A stretch of 63,429 nt of DNA, counting the filler, from Chiloscyllium plagiosum (Eukaryota), in assembly GCF_004010195.1 (NCBI RefSeq). It is 4 parts of one record of this genome, joined end to end, with 100 filler letters (N's around TTAATTAATTAA, not from the genome) between each part and the next. Parts side by side here need not be neighbours in the genome. Positions count along the whole stretch, not along the records: positions 20,035 to 36,506 come from NC_057711.1; positions 36,607 to 60,662 come from NC_057711.1; 2 more parts are not named here. One strand, given 5' to 3'. The translations under genes and the position numbers were made by a program. This document shows, one piece after another, positions 23,650 to 36,889 of the stretch; positions within the stretch are counted from its first letter, which is position 1, and every line of letters begins with the position of its first letter. The notes below the pieces were generated by a model that was not told where the DNA came from, ran no database searches, and worked only from the letters and a program-made list of their open reading frames with translations.

Positions 23650-25210
23650 TTATAATTTAATGCTTTGTCTTCCTCTATTCTTGAAAGGGGTCTGGGTGGG
23701 GGGGTCACATTCACAGTTTTCCAATCTGCTGGAACTCCCCTGGAATGCAGTGTACTCTGGAATGCTTTGACCAAAGACTCTACTGTCCCTGCAGCCACTT
23801 CTTTTAATACCCTTGGATGTGGGCCATTGGGTCCTGGTGATCTGTCTGCCTCAGGTCCCATCTGTTTGTCAAATACTGTACTTCGGCCCTCGTGGTAAAG
23901 ACGGTTAGAACACATTTTCTCCGATTGGCATCTTTTTCATCTGATATCTTTGGGATATTTAAAGTGTTCTCCAATGTGAAGACCAATGTGAAATATTGTT
24001 TTATCTGAGGTTTCCCTGTTCCATGTTAATAATTATCCAAAGGCATCCTCCAAGAATCCCACACTCACTTTTGCTACTCTCTTCCTTTCTGTAGGTCAGT
24101 AGAAAGTCTTGCTGTTTGTTTTATCATTCTTGAAAATTTACTTTCGTAATCAATTTTCTGCACCTTTCTTCCTTTAACTCTTTTTACTGTTGGTTTTCTA
24201 TCTCTGTCCCATCCTGTCCCATTCTGGATATCATTATCCAATGCAACATTGCAGTCCACAATGTTGAAGAAGCAAAGATAAGAAGGCACAGTCCTTACAC
24301 CTAATAGCTACCCTATAACGCTCCCATATCTTATTGCTTTTCAAGTTCTCCCTGTCTCTAATTAGCTCAAAGCTCCCTTTATGGCCCAGGAGTAATAGGA
24401 CATTGTTCCAACACCATCATCCACCTCCACCACCCCCCAACCTATACTACAGCTCTCTGCTACTCCAGTACTGGTGTCAGTAACCCTGGAACTAAATCCC
24501 ATTCCACCCACACCAATCTTTGGGTCATGCAGGTAACGTCTTGACACTATTTACCCTATGCCAGTTTGTCCATGGCTCAGATAGTAATCTAGATATTATC
24601 ACTTTAGAAGTTCTGCCTTTTAATTTAACTCCTAACTGATAACATCCTTTCTAGTCTGATTAATGTTGCTAGTGCCAATGCGGATGATGACAGCTTGATC
24701 CCTCCTCATGTTCTTCTCCACCCCTAAACAGCATAGCTTTTTGGACTCACACCAATGGCTCTAGAGAACAGCATCTATCCCTCTAATTATACAGTTCTCT
24801 ACCATTACTATATTTCTGTTTCCTCCTAGTGCTTGAATGGCTCACTGCACCAAGCACTATGGTCAATTCACCCAGTTTGCTAGAACCTCATTATTGTTGG
24901 ATAATTGCAGGGGATGAGGCTTCTCAATTGCACCTCACTGGATCCTCATACCTGCCTTATCTGCTCTTACCTAACTGTCCCTGATCACAGATCGGATTTG
25001 AATTACCTTGTCTGAGGGATATGAACTCTCTCTGGACCAAAGTATCCAGGTAACCTTTCCCTACCCTGATGTGGTGCATTGTCTGCAGCCCAGACTCCAG
25101 TTCCTCAACTTGAGCTGCAAACACTTACCACAGATGTGTTCCCCTTGGATCACATTGGTGTTCAGCAATTTCCACATGCTGCAGCAGCAACATATCTTCT
25201 GTCCTGCCAA
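23650..25210 (-). mobile_element. Old CR1 fragments (ORF2 and 5' region)
   Basis: 'DRSPGPNGPHPRVLKEVA...VPADWKTVNVTP'. Confidence 0.7.
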
Positions 25211-25386
25211 CAATATCTTATTTGATTTCATTCAGAAATTAAAAGCTTTCAATTTTCTGCTCTTTACATTTTATTGGAATCACAGCATCAATGTCATAAT
25301 TAACCAGATTTGTTTTTAAGGAAAACTAAAAATAACAATGAAGATCTTACTTTTATTTTAAGACCAGATATGTTCATGACTCCAGG

Positions 25387-25589
25387 GCGAAAGTGAGAAC
25401 TGCAGATGCTGGAGATCAGAGTCAAGATTAGAGTGATGCTGGAAAAGTACTGGAACATCCGAGGATCGGGAAAATCGACATTTCAGGCACCATTCTTGAT
25501 GAAGGGCGTATGCCTGAAATGTTGATTTTCCTGCTCCTTGGATGCTGCCTGACCTGCTGTGCTTTTCCAGCACCACTCTAATCTTGACC
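25387..25589. mobile_element. Fold-back family A PLE mini-element with TSD
   Basis: Inverted arms; flanks atgttcatgactccagg (25370-25386) and atgttcatgagtctagg (25590-25606). Confidence 0.85.
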
Positions 25590-26139
25590 ATGTTCATGAG
25601 TCTAGGTCACCATTGCTTCTTACCTGGAATTGCACATGCTGTGGTTTGTGACTGGTTTATTAAAGGTTGGCCTCCCGATCCACACTTTGTATCCACTCCC
25701 ACTTATCTCTTACTCTGGAAAGTTTACTTCTTGCAATAAACCTTAGTGAAATTGCCTCTGGCTCCCTTTGCACCTAATTTCTACCTGAACTAAATTTCCA
25801 TACTTCATTCACTTGTCCTTTCTCTCGCTGTGCTGAAGTCTCATTCACACTGAATGTGCTCCTTACCTCTTCCTTCAGTGCTGGGTATTCCTTTATGTGG
25901 CTGTGACTGCACTGACTGGGGTCAAGTTCTGGTGTGGTGACATCCTCTACTTGTCATGGGTGAAAAAGACATTTTGCCTCTGCACTACCCTGTCTACCAG
26001 GACGTCCATGTTCCTGTCCACAGGGAATGGGTCAGTAATTTTTCCTTGTCTGCCATATCTGGGCAAATATTAGGTACAGTGCAGGGCATTGACAGTATTT
26101 GCTATGTGTCTGACAGCATTTTAACAATTCCAGAGATGT

Positions 26140-28555
26140 AGAGGAAAGGATAGCAAAGATGATTCTGGCAAGGAGCGAGAGGAACATGGTAGTTGTTATA
26201 GGGAACCTTAACTTTCTAAATATTGACTGGAAATATACTGTAAAAGTACTTTAGATGGTTCAGCATTTGTGCAGGAGGATTTCCTGACACAGTATGTAGA
26301 CAAGCCAACAAGGAGTGAGGCCACATTGGATTTGGTACTGGGTAATAAACCTGGCCAGGTGTTAGATTTGGAGGTAGGTGAGCACTTTGGTGATAGTGAC
26401 CACATTAGGTTATGTTTACTTTGGCGATGGGTAGGGATAGGTATGTACCACAGGGCAAGAGTTACAGCTGGGGGGAAAGGCAATTATGATGCGATTAGGC
26501 AAGATTTAGGATGCACAGGATGGGTAAGGAAACTGCTAGGGGTGGGCACAATTGAAATATGGATCCTTGATAAATATGTACCTGTCAGGCAGGGAGGAAG
26601 TGGTTGAACAAGAGAGCCATGGTTTACTAAGGAAGTTGAATCTCTTGTCAAGAAGAAGAAGAAGGCTTATGTTAGGATGAGACATGAAGGCTCAGTTAGA
26701 GTGTTCGAGAATTACAAGTTTGGCACGTAGGATCAAGGAAAACCCTGAAGCTTTCTATACGTTTACCAGGAATAAAAGATTGACTAGAGAAAGATTAGGG
26801 GCAATCAAGGACAGTAGTGGGAAGTTATGCATGGAGTCCGAGGAGATAGGAGAAGCACTAGATGAATATTTTTTGTCAGTATTCACACTGGAAAAAGGCA
26901 ATGTTGTTGAGGAGATTACTGAGACACAGGCTACTAGACTAGATGGGATTGAGGTTCACAAGGAGGAGGTGTTAGCAAATCTGAAAAGTGTGAAAATAGA
27001 TAAGTCCCCAGGGCTGGATGGGATTTATCCTAGAATTCTCTGGGATGCCAGGAATGAGATTGCAGAGCCTTTTGGCTTTGAACTTTATGTCATCATTGTC
27101 TACAGGAATTGTGCCAAAAGACTGGAGATAGCAAATGCTAATCCCTTGTCTAAGAAGGTGAGTACAGACAACCCTGATAATTATAGACCAGTGAACCTTA
27201 CTTTGGTTGTAGGTAAAGTGTTGGAAAAGATTATAAGGGATAGGATTTATAATCATCTGGAAAGGAACAAGTTGATTAGGGATAATCAACATGGTCTTGT
27301 GAAGGGTAGGTCGTGCCTTACAAAACTTAATGAGTTCCTAGAGAAGGTGACCAAACAGGTGGATGAGGTAAAGTGGTTGATGTGGTGTATATGCATTTCA
27401 GTCAGGCATTTGATAAGGTTTTCCATGGTAGACTATTGCACATAATACAGATTGAGGGTGATTTAGCGGTTTGGATCAGAAATTGGCGAGCTGAAAGAAG
27501 ACAGAGGGTGATGGTTGATGGGAAATATTCATGCTAGTGTTCAGTTAATAGTGGTGTACCGCAAGGATCTGTTTTGGGGCCACTGCTATTTGTCATTTTT
27601 ATAAACGACCTGGGTGAGGGTGTAGAAGAATGGGTTCATAAATTTGCAGACGCTAGTGAGTTTGGTGAAGTTCTGGATAGTGCTGAAGGATGTTGCAGGT
27701 TACAGAGGGACATAGATAAGCTGCAGAGCTGGGCTGAGAAGTGGCAAATGGAGTTTAATGCGGAAAAGTGTGAGGTGATTCACTTTGGAAGGAGCAACAG
27801 GAGTACAGAGTTCTGGGCTAATGGTAAGATTCTTGGTAGTGTAGTCGAGCAGAGAGGTCTCAGTGTCTATGTAATAGATCCCTGATCCCTGAAAGTTGCT
27901 ACCCAGATTGTTAGGGTTGTTAAGAAGGCATATGGTATGTTAGCTTTTATTGGTAGAGGAATTGAGTTTTGGGGCCATGAGGTCATGCTGCAGCTGTACA
28001 AAGCTCTGGTGCGGCCACATTTAGAGTATTGTGTACAGTTCGGGTCACCACATTATAGGAAGGATGTGAACACTTTGGAATGGTTTCAGAGGAGATTTAC
28101 TAGGATGTTGCCTGGTATGGGGGGAACATCTTATGAGGAAAGGCTGAGGGATTTGAAGCTGTTTTTGTTAGAGAAAAGTAGATTGAGAGGTGACTTAATT
28201 GAGACATATAAGATAATCAAAGGATTAGATAGGGTAGACAGTGAGATCCTTTTTCCTTGGATGGTGATGGCTAGCATGAGGGGACATAGCTTTAAATTGA
28301 GGGATGATAGATAAAGGGCAGATGTCAGAGGTAGTTTCTTTACTCAGAGAGTAGTAGGGGTGTGGAATGCTCTGCCTGTAACAATAGCAGACTAGCCAAC
28401 TTGAAGGGCTTTTAAATGGTCATTGGATAAACATATGGATGAAAATGGAATAGTGTAGGTTAGAGGGGCTTCAGATTGGTTTCACAGGTCGGTGCAACAT
28501 CAAAGGCCGAAGGATCTGTACTGCGCTGTAACGTTCTATGGTCTGTGTTCTATGT
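26140..28555 (+). mobile_element. CR1/HER1 LINE, about 2.4 kb 5'-truncated copy (APE end, RT, tail), frameshifted
   Basis: 'FLTQYVDKPTRSEATLDLVL...GDSDH', 'KSPGLDGIYPRIL', 'NYRPVNLT', 'GPLLFVIFINDL', 'RPHLEYCVQF' and TTCTATG tail. Confidence 0.95.
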
Positions 28556-29782
28556 CACCAGTGCCTGGGATGCTGGTGAGTTGTATTGGGAACAGTCATG
28601 GTAGACAGGGTTAGAATTGAGTGAGAAGGGAGTCTTGGGGGAGAGGTAGGTAGTTAATTGGACAGGTTTCATCAGAGACTTTTAGATAAGCACATGAGTA
28701 TGCAAGGAATGGACGGATATGGACCAAAGGGAGGCAGAAGGGATTAGTTTAATTTGATATCACATTTGGCACAACATCATGGACCGAAGGGCCATTGCGG
28801 GGCTCTACAATTCTATGTTCTATATGGAGAGAGATCTCACTGGTCTTCATGTTGAGAATCCTTCCATGAAACTCAAATAAACTATCACTTAGCTCAAAAG
28901 AAGCACAAGATACAGCCCTTGAACTCACTGCTTGTAAATACACCGGACAGTTTCCAGCAGATTAATGCTGTTTCGAATAATATATAGATGTAAGTATATA
29001 ATCTACTCTGTAAGTAATCTATTACCCCAACTGTACATATTCCTGGCATGTTTGATGGGAGCATGAAGGTGATATTTTATTACATATCTTACCCATTCTT
29101 TTTACATGCCCCAGGAGTGACTGATATTTACAGTGAAAGAGAAACTGTTGCCTCAAGAGTTACAGTCTGATGAAAATTACAGTGAAAGCAAAACTTGATG
29201 CAGCATCCAAGGAGCCCTAGAGAAAAAAAAGAGTTGATGGGAATCAAGGAAAATTCTCCACTGATTTGACTGAGACCCAGCACAAAGGAAGATGGCTGTG
29301 ATTGTTGGAGGTCAGTAACTTAAGTCCATAGCAGTTCCTCAGGGTAGTGACCTTGGCCCAATCATCTTCAGTTACTTCACCATAAGGTCAAAAGTGCTAA
29401 TGTTAGCTGATGATTGCACAATGTTCAGTGCTGTTTCTGAATCCTCAGATACTGAAGGGGTTTTTGCACATATACAGTATGACCTGGACAACATTCACTA
29501 TCAGTCAATAACCACCTCCAACAAAGGAGAATCTAGCCATCTCCCTTGATGTTAAATGGCATTACCATCACTGAATTTAGCAGTAGCCAGAAACAGACCA
29601 GTCAGCATGAAAGCTATGAGTACAAATGCAGCCCAGAGGCTGGGGAATCTATGTCCAGCAACTCACCTGACTCAAAGACTGTCCACCATTTACAAGGAAC
29701 AAGTCACAAGTGTAAAGGTACATTCAATGATGCTCAAGATGTTCAGGAATGGCAAAAATCCCACTTGATTGGCACCTAAACA

Positions 29783-31690
29783 GGAGGTGATGGCCTGGTA
29801 GTTTTAATGCTAGGCTATTAATCCAGAAACTCAGCTGGAGACTTGGGTTCGAATATGGCAGATGGTGGAATTTAAATTCAATAAAAAATGTCTGGAATTA
29901 AGATTCTACTAATAACTGTGAAACCATTGTTAATTGTCAGGAAAACTCATCTGGCTTACTCATGTCTTTCAGGAAAGGCAATCTGCTAGAGTTCTTTGAT
30001 GAGTAGGTTAGACCAAGGACAGCTAATGGATGTTATTGACCTGGACTTCAAGAAGGGCTTTGACAAGGTGCCACACAGGAGGCTGATGAGTAAGATAAGG
30101 GCCCATGGGTGTTAGAGGCAAAGTGTTAGCACGGATAGAAGCTTGGCTGTTTGGCAGAAAGCAGAGAGGAGATAATAGGGTCCTTCTCAGGACAGCAACA
30201 CAAGTGTGTTCAGTGTTGGGACCACAACTTTTCAGTTTATACATTAATGATGCAGATGAAGGAACTGAGGGCATTCTGGTTAGGTTTGCAGATGATACAA
30301 AGATAGGTAGAGGTAGAGGAATTGCGGAGGTGGGGAGGCTGCAGAAGGATTTGGACAGATTAGGAGAGTGGGCAAAGAAGTGGCAGATGAACCACGTGGG
30401 AAATTATGAGGTGATGCACTTTAGTACGAATAATAGAGAAATGGACAATTTTCTAAATGGGGAGAAATTTAAGAAGTCTGAAGTGCAAAGAAACAAGAGA
30501 GTTCTAGTCCCGGATTCTTTCAAGGAAAACTTGCACATTGAATCATTAGTTAGGAGAAATTGAGGACTGCAGATGCTGGAGATTGGAGTCAAAAAGTGTG
30601 GTGCTGGAAAAGCACAGCTGGTCAGCCGGCACCCGAGGAGCAGGAGAGTCAACGCTTTGAGTATTCCTGGTGAAGAGCTTATGTTCGAAATGCCGATTCT
30701 CCCGCTCCTCGGATTCTACCTGACTGGCTGTGCATTTCCAGCACCACAATCTTTGACTCTGAGTCAGTAGTTAGGAAGGCAAATGCAATGTTGGCATTTA
30801 TTTTGAGAGGACTTGTTTATAAAAGCAGGGATGTACTTCTGAGGCTCTAGGGCTCTGGTCAGACCACATTTAGAGTATTGTGCGCAGTTTTGGGCCCCAT
30901 ATATCAGGAAGGATGTACTGACCTTGGAGCATGTTCAGAGGAGGGTCATGAGAATGGTCCCACGAATGAAAAGCTTAACACATTGAGGAAAGTTTGAGGA
31001 CTCTGGGATTATACTCGATGGAGTTCAGAAGGATGAGGGGGGACCTGACTGAAACTTACAGAATACTAAATAACACGAACAGAGTGGATGTTGGGAAGAT
31101 GTTTCCATTGATAGGAAAAACTAGGACCTGAGGGCACAAATTTAGAAAAAAGGGAACACCTTTTAGAATGGAGATAAGGAGAAACTTCTTCAGCCAGACG
31201 TGGTGAATCTATGGAATTCATTACCATGGAAGGCTTTGGAGACCAGGTCATTGAATATATTTAAAACAGAGCTAGATAGGTTCTTGATTGTCAAGGGGAT
31301 CAAGGGTTACGAGAAGAAAGTGGAAGAATAGGGTTGAGAAACATATTAGCCATGATTGAATGACAGAGCAGACTCGTTGGGCTAAATGGCTTAATTTCTG
31401 CTCCTTTGTTTTATGGTTTTATGAAATCTGCCATCTTCACCTAGTTTGGTCTACTTGTGACTCACTACTTATGGTTGACTCTCATCTGCCATCTGAAATA
31501 GACGAGCAAGCCACTCAGTTGTATCAATCGCTACAAAGTCTCCTCCCTAAAAGCATTGTGGGTCAACCCATAAGAAGTAGATTGCAGCAGTTCAAGAAGG
31601 CAGTTCAGCACCAGCTTCTCAAGGACATCTGGGGATGGGCTGCTGGCCCAGCCAGCAATGCCCACATTCCCCAAATTAATAAACAAAATC
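29783..31690 (+). mobile_element. Second shark SINE family (29783-29987 and 31423-31690) split by a CR1 insertion (29988-31422), which itself holds a fold-back PLE piece (30552-30759)
   Basis: SINE sequence resumes at a duplicated 'aatctgc'; homologues at 42130-42420 (-) and 58160-58460; CR1 'GPQLFSLYIND...FADDTKIG'. Confidence 0.75.
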
Positions 31691-32297
31691 CATCACTTTT
31701 AACATAAGGTTCCTTCACCATTGAGGCACAGTAGCAAGACTGTTTCCCATCTACAAGATGCACTGCAGGATTCACCAAGGTTATTCCAAACCCATTACCA
31801 CTGCCATCTAGGAGGACCACCACCTGTTGATTCCTCTTCAAACCACTCACCATCCTGACTATGTATGTACATAAAGACAGTTTTATGAATAAAGGATATT
31901 TTTGAAATAGCAAAAGTCACTGGGTCAAAATCCTGGAGCTCCTTCATCGCGATGTCTAAGCGCCCTATGATCTGTATGTCCTTGTTTGCTGTGATCTGCC
32001 CGTACTGTTCGCAAAACAAAGATTTTCACTGTGTATTAGGTACATATAACCACAATAAATCAAATCAAATCATGATGTCTGTGCACCACAGAGACTACAG
32101 CAGTTTAGGAAGGCTATTTACCTAGCCCTCCATTACAAGGACAATTGGGGAAGAGGAATAAATGCTGGCCAGGCCAGAAATACTGATAGCCTGAGTATTT
32201 CACAATGTACAATGGTTTTTACGTTAGTTCCAGCAGTTAAATCACTGATACTTCCCAATTATCGTTCATATTGTGTATGAATCATTAAAATACATGA

Positions 32298-32318
32298 CAG
32301 CTGCATAGGAAGTGAAGT
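32298..32318 (+). promoter_or_regulatory. E-box (CAGCTG) next to an Ets/PU.1-type site (ATAGGAAGTGAAGT)
   Basis: Motif match in non-repetitive DNA 70-90 bp upstream of the candidate ATG. Confidence 0.4.
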
Positions 32319-32388
32319 AACTTCTCTTTTCTGAGTTACAAAGACAAGAAGCAGTGGGCAAGAAGGACTACAGTCTGAAGACTTAACA

Positions 32389-32446
32389 ATGAATTCTCTC
32401 TATTTTTGGCTCTCTGCATTCATGTCAGTTTCAGTTCGGGGTCATA
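32389..32446 (+). CDS. Candidate leader (signal-peptide) exon, MNSLYFWLSAFMSVSVRGH, phase-1 intron; gene unidentified
   Basis: Kozak context ACAATGA (A at -3), hydrophobic core, consensus donor GTAAGT at 32447, 58-nt phase-1 exon, unique sequence. Confidence 0.5.
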
Positions 32447-33291
32447 GTAAGTATTTGTAATATTTACTGTTCAAATTTATTCTTATTAATCTTGCAATTC
32501 CCTCCTTCTTGATGACCACATCTGCTGACAGTTCAAGTTTCCATAACCTGGGACTGTTTAGCACTATATTTGCTCTTTTTCGTTGCTGTTCCTCAACTGA
32601 GCAGCAACAGTTTGCTTGTGAAACAAATACAACTGACTGATGGGTAAAATGCAGGTGCAGAAAACAATAAGAAAGGTTGATGGAATGTCAGCTGTTGTCC
32701 CAAAAGGATTTAAGCACAGGAGTAGTGATGCGTTGCTTCAATAATATAGAAACCTGATAAGGCTATTCTTGGAATGCTGTGTACAGTGTATAAATTTGTT
32801 ATCTCAGGAAGGATATTATTTCTAAAGAGGGAATGCAACAAAGGTTTAGCAGACTTGTTCACAGGATGGTGGGACTGTACCATGAAGATTGAAGTGGGCA
32901 AACTGGGTCTGTACTCTCAAGAGTTTCAAAGAATGAGAGGTGATCTCAAAGGACCACAGAACTATACAGTACAGAAGAGGCCCTTTGGCCCATCAAGTCT
33001 CCAACAACAGAAACTACTCCAAATCTACACCAGTGCCACTTCCCTGCACTTGGCCCAGCGCTTTGAATGTTATGACATTTCAAATGATTATGCATGTATT
33101 TTTTAAAGGCTGTGAGGTTTCCTGCCTCAACAACAGGGCGACATGGTGGCTCAGCGGTTAGCAGTGCTGCTTCACAGCACCAGGGTCCTGCGTTTGATTT
33201 CACCCTTTGGCAGCGTTTGTGCGGAGTTTGCACATTCTTCATTGGTTTTGTCCGGTTGCCCCAGTTTTCTTTCAGAGTCCAAAGATGTGTA

Positions 33292-33742
33292 CAAAGTTAA
33301 AAACCACACGACACCAGGTTATAGTCCAACAGGTTTAATTGGAAGCACACTAGCTTTCGGAGCGACGATCCTTCATCAGGTGATTGTGGAAGGCTCGATC
33401 ATAACACAGAATTTATAGCAAAAATTTGCAGTGTGATGTAACTGAAATTATACATTGAAGAATTGATTGTCTGTTAAGCCTTTCATCTGTTAGAATACAG
33501 TGAGAGTTTGATTTCTTTCATGTGTAAATCACAAAACCCTTTTTTTTAAAGTTGCATTCTCGGGTTAGCTGTTGACAATGGTGATAGCTAGACAATATGT
33601 TGAAGGTGTTAGCCCCCGTGTTCTCTGTCTATGACCTGATGTTTAGATTGATTCTAATCTAAAAAGTGAGATAACAGAGTTTTACATAAATTCATGCAGT
33701 TTTTGAGCTCAGAGTTCTACATGAATGTATGCAGTATCGACA
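33292..33742 (-). mobile_element. Penelope-like family B non-coding 3' fragment with hammerhead; 12-bp TSD
   Basis: TSD caaagatgtgta at 33280-33291 and 33743-33754; shares its terminus with 41495-41605 and 50356-50480. Confidence 0.75.
33348..33382 (-). ncRNA. Minimal hammerhead ribozyme motif (family B)
   Basis: Reverse complement CAC-CTGATGA-a-GGAtcgtcgcTCC-GAAA-G-CTA-GTG: stem I CAC/GTG, palindromic AGCT stem III, CUA triplet. Confidence 0.7.
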
Positions 33743-34309
33743 CAAAGATGTGTAGGTTACGTGGATTAGCCATAGGAAATGCAGGGATAGGGTAGGTAGG
33801 TGAGTGAGTTGATGTTTGGATGGGATGATCTTTGAAGGATTGGTGTGGATTTGAGGGGCTGAATGACCTGTTCTGCACTGTTGGGATACCTTCCTGGACA
33901 ATGCATTCCAGATTATCACCACCCTCTGGGTGAAAATTGTTTCTTTAAACACCCCTCTGAATCTGCTGCCTTTCACCTTGAAATTATGCTCCTTTTTTAC
34001 TGACCCTTCAACTAAGGGGAACAGTTACGTTCTATCCACATTGTCCATGCCCCTCATAATCTATCAGGTAACCCCTCCTCAGCCTACTCTGCTCTATAAA
34101 CCAACCCGAGTTTGTCCAGTCTGTCTTCAGAGCTAAACTGCTCCATCCCAGGCAACATTCTGGTGAATCCCCTCAGCACCCTCTCCAATGCAATCACATC
34201 CTTCCTCCAGTGTAGTGAGAGTAATTGCACATGGTGCTCTCATTGAAACTTGCAAAATACTTACCAAAATACATGTAGGTGAGGTGTTTCTTTGGTTATG
34301 AATCTCTAG

Positions 34310-35665
34310 AAAATAGGAGCAGGAGTAGGCTATTTGGCCTTCTCCGCCATTCAATATGATCTTGGTTGGTCTTCTATCTCAATGCCATATTCTCACTTTC
34401 TCTCCAAACCCCTTGATAGCATTAATATCCAAAACTGTATCAATTTCTTTCATTGAACATTCTCAGCCTCCTCAACCTGCTGTGGTAGTGAATCTCACAC
34501 GTTGGCCACTCTTTGAATGAAAAAATGTTTCCCCATTTCAATCCAAAATGGTTAACCCCATGTCCTGAGACAGTGACTCCCCAACCAGGGGAAACATCTT
34601 CCCTGTATCTCATATGTCCAACTCTTTGACATTTCAATCAGATCCCCTCTCTTTCTTATAAACTCTAATGAATACAGGCCCAGCTGAATCAACCTCTCCT
34701 CATAGAAAATCCCACCATCTTTGGGGAATCTTTAAACTGGTGACACAATTTATAAAGAAGGGGATGCCAGTTAGGGCTGAGATGAGGAGAAATCTCTTTC
34801 CTCAGAGAGTGGTGAATGTTTTGAATTTTAAGATCGTAAGACATAGGAGCAGAAATTAAGCCATTCAGCCCATCAAGTCTGCTCCACCATTCAATCAGGG
34901 CTGATAGGTTTTTCAAACCTATTTTCCAGCCTTCTCCCCATAACCTTTAGTCCCCATGGCAATCAAGAACGTCTCGACCTCTGTTTTAAATATACTCAAT
35001 GACTTGGCCTCCACAGCCTTCTGTGGCAATGAACTCCAGAGATTCACCACTCTCTGGCCAAAGATATTTCTCCTTATCTCCATTTTAAAAGGTCTTCCCT
35101 TAGAGTAAAGACTGGGACATCAGCTCCTAGTCTCTCCTATAAATGGAAACACCTTCCCAACATCTGCTCTGTCCAGGCCATTCAGTATTCTGAAAGTTTC
35201 AATCACATCCCCCCTCATCAAGTATGGTCCCAGAGTCCTCAAGGGTTCATCATATGTTAAGCCTTTCATTCTTGGGCTCATTCTAGTGAACTTTCCCTGG
35301 ACCTGCTCCAGAACCAATACATCTTTGCTGAGGTATGGGGCCTAAAATTGCTCACAATATTTTACATGTGGTCTGACCAGAGCCTTATAGAGCCTCAGAA
35401 GTACATCGCTGCTTTTATATTCTAGTCCCCTCAAGATGAATGACAACATTTGCCTTCCTAACTACTGACTCAACCTGCAAGTTTACCTGAAGAGAAACCT
35501 GAATTAGAACTCCCAAATCCCTTTACACTTCAGCTTTCTGAACTTTCTCCACATTTTGAAAAAAGTCTATGCCTCTATTCTTCCTTCCATACTGCTTTAT
35601 CTCACACTTTCCCGTGTTGTATTTCATCTGCCACTTCTTTACCGACTCTCCTAAGCTGTCTAAAT
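34310..35665 (-). mobile_element. CR1 3' fragments (two or three copies)
   Basis: 'LEQVQGKFTRM...RGDVIETFRILNGLDR' and CR1 tails. Confidence 0.85.
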
Positions 35666-35666
35666 T

Positions 35667-36506
35667 CGACCACTCCCCACCTCTTCCTTCGCTACATTGA
35701 TAACTGCATTGGTGCCGCCTCGTGCTCTCGCGAGGAGGTTGAGCAATTCATCAACTTCACCAACACATTCCACCCTGACCTTAAATTTACCTGGATCATC
35801 TCTGACACCTCCCTCCCCTTCCTAGACCTCTCCATCTCCATTAATGACGACCGACTTGACACTGACATTTTTTACAAACCCACCGACTCCCACAGCTACC
35901 TGGATGACACCTCTTCCCACCCTACCTCTTGCAAAAATGCCATCCCATATTCCCAATTCCTCCGCCTCCGCCGGATCTGCTCCCAGGAGGACCAGTGCCA
36001 CCACAGAACACACCAAATGGCCTCCTTCTTTAGAGACCGCAATTTCCCTTCCCACGTGGTTAAAGATGCCCCCCAACGCATCTCATCCACATCCCGCACC
36101 TCCGCCCTCAGACCCAACCCCCCCAACCGCAACAAGGACAGAACGCCCCTAGTGCTCACCTTCCACCCTACCAACCTCCGCATAAACCAAATCATCCGCC
36201 GACATTTCCGCCACCTCCAAACAGACCCCACCACCAGGGATATATTTCCCTCCCCACCCCTCTCCGCCTCCCGCAAAGACCGTTCCCTCCGTGACTACCT
36301 GGTCAGGTCCACGCCCCCCTACGACCCACCCTCCCATCCTGGCACTTTCCCCTGCCACCGCAGGAACTGTAAAACCAGCGCCCACACCTCCTCCCTCACC
36401 TCCATCCAAGGCCCCAAAGGAGCTTTCCACATCCATCAAAGTTTTACCTGCACATCCACTAATATCATCTATTGTATCCGTTGCTCCCGATGCGGCCTCC
36501 TCTACA
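35667..36506 (+). mobile_element. Penelope-like family A RT C-terminus to GIY-YIG start, relatively intact
   Basis: 'FLRYIDNC', 'LPFLDLSI', 'KPTDSHSYLD', 'IPYSQFLRLRRICS', 'FTCTSTNIIYCIRCSRCGLLY'. Confidence 0.92.
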
Positions 36507-36606
36507 NNNNNNNNNNNNNNNNNNNNNNNNNNNNNNNNNNNNNNNNNNNNTTAATTAATTAANNNNNNNNNNNNNNNNNNNNNNNNNNNNNNNNNNNNNN
36601 NNNNNN
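36507..36606. other. Artificial 100-bp linker
   Basis: N44-TTAATTAATTAA-N44. Confidence 0.97.
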
Positions 36607-36882
36607 CCCCTATCTTTGTATTATCTGCAAATGTAGCCAGAATACCATCAATTCTTTCATCTAAATCATTAATGTATAAAGTGAAAAGCTGTTGACCTAA
36701 CTCCGACCCTTGTGGAACACCACGAGTCACCGGCTGCCATCCTGAGAAGGAGCCTTTTATCCCCACTCTCTGCCTTCTGCCAGACAGCCAATCTTCTACC
36801 CATACTAGTACCTTGCCTCTAACATCACGGGCCCTTATCTTACCCAGCAGCCTCCTGTGCAACACCTTATCAAAGGCCTTCT
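36607..36882 (-). mobile_element. CR1 RT fragment
   Basis: 'VTRGVPQGSELGQQLFTLYINDL...FADNTKIG'. Confidence 0.9.
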
Positions 36883-36889
36883 ACTTCAG

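Larger units (their letters stand above)
33136..33882 (+). mobile_element. HE1-type SINE interrupted by a family B PLE insertion, itself inside a minus-strand CR1 tail
   Basis: SINE head at 33136; SINE resumes after 33743. Confidence 0.85.
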
